From Antedon mediterranea (lineage: Eukaryota; Animalia; Echinodermata): 64,000 nt of DNA. Below are positions 42,601-54,600 of the stretch, piece after piece. The stretch lies in NCBI RefSeq assembly GCF_964355755.1, contig NC_092671.1, positions 17,670,001 to 17,734,000 on the forward strand. Reading direction: 5' to 3'. Each line of letters begins with the position of its first letter. The first letter of the stretch is position 1. The notes under the pieces were generated by a model, which saw nothing but the letters and a program-made list of their open reading frames with translations, was not told the origin of the DNA and searched no databases. A program made the translations under genes and the position numbers.

Positions 42601-45600
42601 TAAATTTTCTGCATCATCGTGTAATTTTGTAATTAAAAAAGTGTTCCTTAACTTAGTAAAAGGAAGTAAAAGTTGATTCATTTGTTGTATTTATAGGGAA
42701 TACCTTGCAGAAAACGATACATGTAAATATTGTCACGAAGAATGCGTTGGTGGATGTTCAGGGCCGGTAAGTTCCAAACTGATTGTTCAAGTTCAAGTAA
42801 TTTTTATTACGATAATAAAAACAGATAACATAGAAGACTAAAGATTGAATTTATTGTTATTTTAGGGGTGGATCCGGGGAAGAGCGCTGACATGCAGTAA
42901 TAATATTAATAGTCTGTCCAAAATAGATAATAATAATATCCTGGATTTATATAGTGCCTAATGTTGTGAAACCTCTAAGCACTGAACAGTATTATGTCAT
43001 TCATTTTTCGGTCATTTTTTGCATCAGACGTGTATGGAAACATACTCCCATAATGCTGCTAGTAATCAGCGCAATGTTGTGTCTTGATATCCAAATGTAG
43101 TTAGGTATATGTTATTTTAGCTGTCAAAGAGGGACCCCAATGCTGCCCAACTGGATCCATCCATGTATCTATATAAATTATGGTTAATTCTGACATAGGC
43201 GAGCACAATGCAAAAACTTCGGTACAAATCTCCGCCTTGGATACCTACCTTATCTATCTCAGATGTACCGCAAAACGTAGATTTGATAACATTAGTTTTC
43301 AGTTCGATATTACAAAAGAGTTTTTTAACAAAATTTAAGATTTCAACAGTAGATTTTCAACTCAATTTCAATTCTTCGCGGTCAAAGTAATTTCCGGGTT
43401 TACGATGAGTTCACCTTGCAACAACCTGGTTTCAACTATCTTCTCTCTTTTATACACAAGGGAGCAGTTAAAATAATAGTATAGATTTGACCCTAAAGGT
43501 GACTGGAAACAGGCACTTTCCATCAATCAATACAGTGTCTCTTTGGAAGACGAAAACAAATCAGATAGTAAGACTGGGGCTTAAGTTGGCCATTAGTTAT
43601 AGCCATTTCAGTTTTTTGTTTATTTTAAAAACGGACCGCGCGTGTGTGAAGGTAGAGTGGTTAAAAATAAAATTTATATTGCAAATTAATAAAGATGAAA
43701 TTAAATATACGCCATAAAGAATCGGAATATATTGTGGGAAATAGTATTATAAAATTACATAGGGAGATTTGATGATAAGACATTTTGTTTAAAATCGAGT
43801 GAAATCCCGATAGCTGAGTTTTATTGAGTAAGCTGGCAGGAATAACTGTAGGCTATCTCCCTGTGTCCCGTTAGGACCGAGATGTCTGCCCGTGTTGCAA
43901 GCCGTAATGTCTTCTTTCTTGGGCCCACTCTGTCACGGCAGTTAGTTTCAAAAGATGTTTAAATTAAATAATGTATTAATAATTATTAGGATGGTATTTA
44001 TTTGAATAAACCCCTCTCCAATAAAACATCACTTTGAATAATAATCCCCCCCCCCCCCAACCCAACTATCTGATAAACGTCCATCCACATTTATAATAAC
44101 ACAATTATACTATTTGTAGTAGAATTCATCGCACTGTTATCTACAATATACCAAGCATTTGTTATTCTTTTTTACCACTTTTCATATCTATTAGAGGATT
44201 TCAAAATTGCCTATTCAAAATATGAATAATTAATCTTCATTTTACATGTTTTAATACATATATCTTTAACATACATTTGTGGTCTTTTGTAAACAGGGTA
44301 ATAACAAATGTGATGGATGTAAGAATTTCAAAGATGGACCATTTTGTGTGCCAGAATGTCCTAAAGTGAAGTATAATGATTCATATACTTGTAAATCTTG
44401 CCATGATCTTTGCATTGAAGGGTAAGTATTTTTTATTTTATTTTATTCAATCGAAACCAACAGCGATAATTACCGCCACTAATGCAAACAAAGCCAGGAC
44501 TGTGTAAAGCACCTTGATTGGTCCTAACATTGATCAAGGGCTTCTCTCGTCCAGTGCCCACCTTGACCAGAGGAAAGGCATATACCAAAACGTCTGAGGC
44601 AGATACCAGATGAGGGGCTGCCATAACTTTGGTGATCTGACGAGAACCGATGTTTCAACGTGGTAAAGCCGTATAAGTATATAAGTGTAATTTGGTTTTA
44701 ATGATACATATATTATAATATATATCACATGTGATACAGGCGTGGCATATGATACTGGACATATAATAATAATAATAATAATATCCTGGATTTATATAGT
44801 GCCTAATATTGTGAAACCTCTAAGCGCTGAACATTTTTTTGGGATCAAACAAGTATTCAGCTAGTAATCAGCGCAAAGTTGTGTCTTGATCTAACCGGGT
44901 TCCCATTTATACACCTGGGTGGAGACAGGCAAACATAAGTAAAGTATCTTGCCTAATGATAATGCCATATGTAGCGATTACAGATGATTATTATTAAGAT
45001 TATGAATACAGAGGATCGAGTGGATATTATGAATATGAATAATAATTTTCTTAACAGTTGTAGTGGACCTTCAAATACTATTGGTGAAAACGGCTGCCAT
45101 GCCTGTGCAAAGGTTAAGGTACAACAAAGACAAAAATTGGTAAGTTATAAATATTAAGGATTTGTTAAAATACTGTAGAACTCCCATTAAAGCCGATTTT
45201 CCACTAGATAGGCGAATTTGTTCGCGCGAATCGAAAGCGTCATGCTATGCACATGCGTATTCGCGTTTCTGTCTGTCATACTGCCTTCTTCGACGAATTC
45301 TAGTTCCTTTGATTTTTCGCTTCAGCGAAATTTACTAGTTCGAATTGTTTCTACTTTTTGCGAAGCGAAATATTGCGCAACCAATCAGAGCTCAAGAAAT
45401 GAGATATGACGCTTTCATGAGCACTCATGCGAATGGAAATGCTCAGCAACCACGCGAGGAACATGAACGTCGCAGCTATTCGCTCATGTACTGGAAAGAG
45501 AGTAGGCGATTTTTTCTCTTCGAAATATTGGATTCGCGCCAACAAATTCGCCTAGTGGAAAATCAGCTTAAGGGGACACCCTAGGGACCCAACAAAATGT

Positions 45601-48600
45601 TCCCTTAATAATAGGAGTGTCCCTATATTGGCCGTAATGTTGAACAGGTTTGATACAAACAAAGCCAGGACTGTGTAAAGCACCTTGATTGGTCCTAACA
45701 TTGATCAAGGGCTTCTCTCGTCCAGTGTCCAACTTGAACAGAGGAAAGGCATATACCTTTCCTCTGTTCAAGATACTTTACTTAATGTCCCCTTAATGTT
45801 CCCTTAATAGGAGTGTCCCTATATTGGCCGTAATGTTAAAACATACTATATTTCCCCTTGTTTATTTCATGAGAAATCCCCTTAATAAAGGTATCCCTTG
45901 AATAGTGCTCCAAAGGAGGGGATCTATTGTAATAATATTTATTTTGTCAACAGGAGTGAGAATAGACTAAAGCAAAAAGATTTTGCACTCTCCCCATTGT
46001 ACAGTAAACAAACAGTACAATAATATACAACAAAATTAAACAAAATACAATAAAACTATAAAACTATACATTACAAATTTCATTGCTTGGAATTTGTGCT
46101 TTCGTACATGATTGTCAATTTTCAATCCTCCTTCATGATACTTGATTAACATTTAAATTGTTTTTGGTTACTGAATTCAAAATCTGTTATATATTTTCTA
46201 AATAGCACTTATCCTGTAATTTCTAGTTTCTAATCGGATATTTTTTTTTTCAAAATTAACTCATTGTTGAACGTTATCCCGATATTTTTCTATAGCATGT
46301 TTGTTAAGAAAATAATTTGACAATTTAATATTATTATTATGCTTTTAGATTGAGTGCTTACCTGGTGGTGCTTTTGGTATCAATACAACTTGTGATGAAG
46401 GCTTTTATTATGAAAGAAGGTCACTTAAGAACTCTGATACAGTAACTCAGGTAATTCACTACAAATTAGCTTTCTGATCTAAGCACAATTGTATAATAAA
46501 CATATGGTTAGGCTACTGTGGATGGATCAAATGGAGTGGGGTGGTGCAGCCAATACGGTAATGCAGAGGCCTGAGGCCCATGGTCTGAACCCTAAGTGCC
46601 CCTGCAACGCTGGAGGCCTTGAACGTTTTCAGCCTTTTTCAACTTATTTTAAAGCTGGTTGTTTCCTCTGGGTCCATAGCCGTTACGCCACTGGGTGGAG
46701 CTACATTTACTAAATGAAACATCAAATTGCGATGTATATGAGGTGGCGGAAAGTAGTCAAAGTCAAAGTACTGTATTGGCAAGAATTAAACATGAAATGC
46801 AAGACAAAAACAACAACAAAATGTTGTGGCCTAGGCTTTAGATTTATCAATCAAGCAAGTTTATAAAGAAGCAATAATAATATTAATAATAATAATAAAA
46901 ATAATTTGTTTAAAAAACAACATCTATATTACACAACATCAAAGACCATCACGAAGCCAATGTTTTCTCACCAAGATGGCGGCTTGCTAAGTACTATGGT
47001 AAAAATGTAACGTCAGTGCAAACATTCCTTTGAAGAATATTTCTCTATTGATTTTCTATTGAATCTAATATTATTAAACTGACAGACAGCAATAATGAAA
47101 GGTATCTTTTTTGTATTAGGTTTGCCAAGAATGTCACCCAGAGTGCCGCAACTGCACTGGGAAAGGCAGCTATAACTGTGATGTTTGCAAGAACTTCAGA
47201 CGTGATGACCAATGTGTTCCCACATGTAAACCCGATGAATATTATGATGAGGCGTTTGAATGTCATCAATGTCATACACATTGTAAAGGAGGCTGCAATG
47301 GACCATCTGCATCTGAATGCAAAACTGACTGCAGCAAGTACAAGATAGATACTGGTGATGGAAAGGTATATTTGTATTATGTAATTAGTATTATGTAGAA
47401 CCCCTTTTCAAGAACCAAAAAAGTCTCCCTCTGAATAGAAGGTGGCTGTAGTGTATAAAACATATATTGCCCCTCATTAATTTCACATAAAACTGGGGAT
47501 ACAGATACTATGTATTCAACATATTTACAAGGATAACCTTATTATCATTAGTCGCTATTTCTCTACGCTATGGATGTTTATATATTATTTAAATAATAAG
47601 GTTTTAGTAGGATTAATTGATATTTCGAAATCAACAAGATTTAAGGTCTCTGATCTTCATGTGTTTGGAGGCAATATATGCTTTCAAAAGTGACAATAAA
47701 AATATCTAGTATCAAGAACAGGTAGCTATTGGGCATCATAAAATACATGCAACCAGTGCCCAGAGGAGGGCGGGGGGGGGGTGTTTCACTCTTAAATATT
47801 TTCATACGGGGAGGTGCCGCATTTACGGGGTATATTTTGGTGGTGAATTTAATAGTCTCTTGCCCGTCCACTTTTAAAATGTCACAATTTATCCCACAAT
47901 TTTAGCAGGGATTATAGCTATACTGAATGCTAAGCCAATCGCTAAATGAATCCTACCTTTGAATCAATGAAAACTAGTTGCTTATGTTATTGCAAAACCT
48001 TGTCACGAACAGTTCCCCTTTTGCTGGGAACTAGTACAAATATTGCGCCCTATCTGGCGTGGCCTTTTTCATGTCGCCTTGGGAACCAGTGTCATTCCTT
48101 TGTATTAAATCAATATATCATATTTTTTGTTGAGCATTTAAAATATTTCTTTTCAGTTTCTATGTGCATCAGAATGCCCTGTGGACTACCCATATCAAGA
48201 TAGGCCGTACCATTGCATATCCAACTGCTCAGAAAACATGTTTGCAAATGAAAAGTACTTTTGTCGACCTTGCCATGACGAGTGTTTTGCAGGATGCTTT
48301 GGTGATCAGCGAAAGGATTGTGTGCAATGTAAAAACGTGATTCATAATGGAGAGTGTAGGAGTGCTTGTCCCAGTGGAACTGATATGAATGAAAATAATG
48401 TTTGCAAAACTGTGTCAATGCCAATTACAGGGCAAAGCACCAATCAACCAAAGTGAGTTTTAGATACTAAAATTAATCAGACAATTATTAGTAGAAATAT
48501 AACTTTTTTAGCCATTATATTTATTTGAGATTCATATGATATTGAATTAAATTTTCTGGCTTTTAATATTTTGCCTTCAATTTCTTTTCTTTTTTTTTCA

Positions 48601-51600
48601 ATTTCTTACTTGATTCAGTCTTATTTCTAGATCTGGCTTGTCAACCTCAATGATAGCTGGACTCAGTGGTGTTTTTATAATCATATTGCTGATTTTAATT
48701 GTAATTATTTACTCCGTGTATAAACGCAAGTACAAGGATAACTTACTAGAACTTACCACTACCCTTGTAAGTATACAACTATTACATAATATATTTTCCG
48801 TTTGATTTCTGTGATTTTCTACATTTATAATGTGTTGTGTATGATTATAATATACATAGTACTGTACTTGATCTGTTGATGTAAAGTATTTTTTGATGGT
48901 CGCTACCATTACCAGTGTTACCTCCATATGTCATATTCCTAATCAGTATCTTCATCATCATTGTTATCGTTATCATCATCATCGGCATCATCATCATCAT
49001 CCTCACCAATCATCATTATCATCATCGTCGTTATTATTATTATCATGTTATCAACATTACTTTAACATCATCATTATCATTATCATGTTATCAACATAAC
49101 CTTTAACATCATCATCATCATCATAATAATTTATCATCATCATCCTCACCATTATGTTATCAACATTACCTTTAACATCATTATCATCATCATTACCATC
49201 ACCACCATCATTATCATCATTATGAATATCATGTTATCAACATTACATTTAACATCATCATCATTTATCATCATCATCATTATCATGTTATCAACATTAC
49301 CTTTAACATCATCATCACCATCTTTATCATCCTCATCATATCATCAACATTATTAATATCATGTTATCAACATTACCTTTAACATCATCATCATTTTTAT
49401 CATTTTATCTACTTTACCTTTAACATCATCATCATTATTATCATTTTATCAATATTAACATTATCATCATAATCATCATTATTATCATGTTATCAACATC
49501 TTTAACTAAATCATCAGCATCACTATTTCATCATCATCATTTCTGCCAAGCATTACCTTTCATTCTTTTCATTATTACATTGACATATTTTATACATGCA
49601 TACTCTATATATCATGTGGCATGTATTTGTTAAAGCATGGTAAAATGTATGTATTTTTAAATTTCATTGTTACAATCGTCTTGCTAAATTTGTATTTTCC
49701 AATCGTTTGTTGGAAACATTTGCATGAATTCTGTATTTGGGTACACAATTTTGGTAGTTAATCCTTCATCTTGTTTATTAATATAAAATTTAACTTATGA
49801 AAAACATATGATATGATTAGTGGTAAACTTGTCTATAGTTTTAATTTAATAATCAGAGTTTAATAAATGCAACATTCACTAAATTTGATTTATTACAAGA
49901 AAGCTTATTATATGTAAAGAATATTATATTTTATCCAAAGTGATCATATAAATGCATTTTATTATTTAATATCTAGTTTTTTATAAGCATAATAGAAAAA
50001 TGAAATTTAAGGAATAATGCAATATTGTTTATTGTACCTTGTGGTAATATACCTTGAACCCTTTGAAATAATATTTATATCAAAAATGTTTACTATCAGA
50101 TAAAGTGTAAAAAAAATAGTGGTTGGTATCAAAATATTAGACTCATTTAGTGGATGGGTTTACAATGACAACAAATTATTAATGCTTGTACTTTTTAAAT
50201 AGTGCATGTAAATGAATAAATGTTATCTTTTTTGCATGCTTTAATTTTTACAATAGGCCATAAAACAATTGGAACATCCGGATGAAACTGAGGTAAGGGC
50301 ATGTTTTATGTTACCATGGTAATTCATGTGTGTTGTTTTATCAGTATTTTGATTGTGCGAAAGGAAAAGAGGATGGATTTAGATGTTTGTGCATGAATTG
50401 TTACCAATTTTATTAACTTCAGTAAATCTATAATATATATTATAAAGTTGTCTGGTATTATAATGTGGACATAAATAGATACAGCCATGCACAATTTGTA
50501 ATTTTGTAATCAATAAATAATATATATAATAATAATAATATTTTGTTTCTTGGTATTCACATGAGCTTTAATCCTTGTACACATACGTACTAACGACATT
50601 ATTTTGTTTATGATAACCATGACACCCTATTGATGTAATGAAGTATTCGTTCATGTCCCACTCTTTATCCTTACTTGTTATAAATAAATATAATATATAA
50701 ATAAATATGTTTATATCATAATATTTAAATACAATTTCCATATTTTTTTCAACTTTAGCCTTTGACCCCAAGTGGTGTAGCGCCAAATCAAGCACAGTTG
50801 CGATTGATTAAGGAGAATGAAATGAAAAAGATGTCAAAGCTAGGAAGCGGTGCTTTTGGTACTGTCTACAAGGTATCAATATATTTATTTACTATACATT
50901 CATGTTTTTTATCTTCCAAATCTCTCTCTGCGATAAATCCTAATTCCATGAGTATTTTCGCTGCAGTGAAATTGGTAGTTCGAATTGTTACTACTTTTTG
51001 TGATTGAAAAATTGTGAAACCAATCAGAGCTCAGGAAAATGAGCTATGATGCGTTTATGAGCACTCATGCAAATCGAAAACTCAGCAGAAACGCGATGAA
51101 CATGAGAATCACAGATAGTGGAAAGAATGATTTAACGTTGGATTAGTGCAAACAAATTTGCCTAGTGGAAAATCTTTGTCCCTTTGAAATATCTTTGTCC
51201 CTTTGACTAATTCCAAAAAAATTAAAAATAAAAGATTTCGAAAAAAGGTGGCTCATTTTGAAGTATCATAATAATTATTAACTATCACCAAAAAATTTTC
51301 AAAAAAAAAAAATCATTTAACTGAAATACAGACGTTTTTTTTGTTAAAAAAATAACTTTGACTTCCAGTCAAAGTTTTCGATAAAAATATATCCCATAAT
51401 GAAACGCGCTTGTTAGGCTACTCTGTATCCATAATAATAAAACTTCCTTATGATCCGTGTGAAAATACCTTCTCAACCGTGACAAGTTGTAAACAATCCT
51501 AATTAACGTATGCATAAATCGTACTCATGGTTTGAAATCTTTGTTTACTTTCGCTCGCGATGATTTTCCAGATGAAATGTAATCAAACTAATTTATCTGT

Positions 51601-54600
51601 TAATTACGTAAACTTGTTGTTTTTAGCTCGAATTTTCTTTAATATTACTTTGATATGGCAACTTTAAATTTAGAATATTTTGACCTTCACTTTTTTGTGT
51701 TTCAAGGGACAATACATCTTTAAGGAGACACTTTCGGGAAGTATATATTTTTTTCCAAGGAAAGTGTCTCCTAAATAGCGGTGTCCCAAAGGAGGGTGTT
51801 CTACTATTACCTGAGTTCACGCTTGGATGAAACGATGCAACGATAATACAGTGTGCGTACATCCTTACGGTACATCCAAGTTAACATCAATTTTATATTG
51901 TCAAAAAAACTACTGTTTAATTAATTTTCATAGGGAGTTTGGACACCAGAAGGTGAAAAGGTACGAATACCGATAGCTATCAAGGTTCTCCAGGAGGGCA
52001 TCACAGCAAAAGCAACACAGGAATTATTAGCGGTATGTATAATTTGATTAAATTCTACACTTGACTTTTGTCAGCCATTTCTCCTCACAATGAGAAGCTA
52101 TAGAGTGCGAGTTTCTCAAGAAGACTTATTAATGACGTGTTTGCATGTATATGCAATATCAGTCTTACAACCAACAATTTTAGATTTATACATCTGTTAT
52201 TGTTTTCTTCCATGTTAAAGTTGTTGTATTAATTTTGTATCAATTATACATATTAGGAAGCTTATGTAATGGCTTCAGTGGATCATCCGTGTGTTTTGCG
52301 GTTACTCGGCGTCAACTGCGGACAAGAAATGATGTTAATCACTCAACTTATGCCGATGGGGGCACTTTTGGAATTTACGAGAGAACACAAAGGTCGTATC
52401 AGCTCACAACATTTATTGTTGTGGTCTCATCAAATTGCACAGGTACGGTATAATGTGTAACATGTATTTAGATGTAAAATGTTAAAATTGTAATTTAACT
52501 GACTGGAATTCAGTGCGTTTCTGGTTGAATTTAACTGTTTGTTTGTCTATTTATAAGTGAAAACATTAATTTGTTTATAAAAGTTTATAAAAAAAACCAC
52601 AAAATGGCATATTCAAAGTTTTTTTTAAAAATCTTATTTATTAATACATCTTTATCATTCTATTTAATTACAATTTAATTTACATTTGTAAAGACTACTT
52701 CAAATATTTGTTGTTCTCACAGGGAATGGTGTACCTTGAAGATAAGCATATCATACACAGAGATTTAGCAGCCAGGAATGTTCTTGTATTGTCACCAAAC
52801 CAAGTCAAGATCACCGATTTTGGTCTTGCAAAGTTTCTTGAGATAGAAGAACATGAGTATAAATCTGACGGTGGAAAGGTTAGAAGTTCTACTTTTTAAA
52901 GAGGACTTCCTTGGGCTAGCCCATAATGTATTTTTCCACTTCCTTGGGCTAGCTAGCTAGATATTGTCCAATTTCAATGGATATTGTATGATTTCTACCC
53001 TTTGGAAAAAAAGACGATCAAAAACGATCTCGACGAACACGTGAAATAACGTGGTCGTCGATCATAAACGAAGTCGCTTTGTTATCACTAATTCTGTTCA
53101 ACCTTATCTCAATTAATTACGTTTCTCAATAGACGAACAATGGCCCAATTATAACATAACAAAGGTCTAATTAAACACATCAATAACACCGCGGTAGATT
53201 ACAAAGACCGGGCGGCGATCGAACTGTCAATCATTGTTAATAGGTCGTTCAAGTTTATTAGCCAATCGCAAATCAGTTTCCGTGTGGGTGGATCAAGTAA
53301 ATTGTCCAATCAACAAAGCCCTCACGACACTGACAACATTTTTCTGGCATGCGATTGTGTGCACTCACTACTGTAGAGGACGCGTTTTGGATTGTTTTTC
53401 AAAGTGCACTCTGGCGACTAAAATAACGCATTATTAATCTGCCTTCGCAGTATTTTTTTTTAAAGGTACGATTTAAAACGACCAATAATATGTACAATAA
53501 TATATCGTCGTATTTTTCAGTGCGTACAAAAACGACCAATAACGTACCGGTACACTATCATATACAGTAATAAATATTATTAATAAATCGTCGTATGTTT
53601 TCATACGACCAATAACGTCATAGTTATACAGTAATTATTATTATTGATCGTCGTATGTTTTCAGTGCGTAAAAAACGACCAATAACGTACACTATCATAG
53701 TTATACAGTAATTATTATTATTGATCGTCGTATGTTTTCAGTGCCTAAAAAACGACCAATAACGTACACTATCATAGTTATACAGTAATTATTATTATTG
53801 ATCGTCGTATGTTTTCAGTGCCTAAAAAACAACCAATAACGTACACTATCATAGTTATACAGTAATTTTTATTATTGATCGTCGTATGTTTTCAGTGCGT
53901 CAAAAACGACCAATAACGTACACTATCATTATACAGTAATTATTATTGATGATCGACGTATTTTTCATTGCGTACAAAAACGACCAATACCGTACACTAT
54001 CATTATACAGTAATTATTATTATTGATCGTCGTATTTTTCATTGCGTAAAAAAACGACCAATAACGTACAATATCATAGTTATACAGTAATTATTATTAT
54101 TGGTTATTATTATTATATATTATTATATTATATATTATTATTAAATGTATTGGTATATTTATTATTGCAACCTAAACTATATTCATAGTAAAATAAAGGT
54201 CTATTCACTGTAAGTTGGCCGATCTAACTGCAGCCGGCCGCGGGATAGCCGTTCGCCTGCGAGGCCTATGTTTTCCGCAACGATTGAAGAAAAAACTGCA
54301 GTTTAATTTCGAACGCGATCACACAAAACGCGACGGAACGCGATCACACACCACATGCACCACCACCACCAGAGATCGCCTTTCAGTTTAGCTCCTCCTC
54401 TTTTCTGATACTCTATTGTTTATGTATCGCGTGGAAATTAATTGGATTAATGCCAATTATGAAAGGTTCGTTAAACCAATTACCGCGGTGGTTAGAGGGT
54501 GTAAAGTCTGTGATCGTTTTTTAATCAGGATAAACGATTAAAACAGACTCGAATATGATAGTTTATGATCGTTAGTACTCTAAACATGTACTAACGTGTT

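Noticed and set aside
44620-44673. Functional 5S rRNA gene
   Set aside because: Only about 50 nt match, box C and the 3' half are absent, and it sits within TSDs and an A-rich tail.
48450-48456. In-frame stop just before the TM exon suggesting a secreted ectodomain
   Set aside because: Any phase-2 GTRAG donor gives a TRA stop on read-through, and no clear intronic poly(A) evidence was seen.
48893-49106. His-rich and Ile-rich ORFs
   Set aside because: Translations of the (CAT)n microsatellite.
53475-54100. Regular array resembling CRISPR (also 40057-40320)
   Set aside because: Whole units repeat with no unique spacers, there are no cas genes, and the context is a eukaryotic intron.
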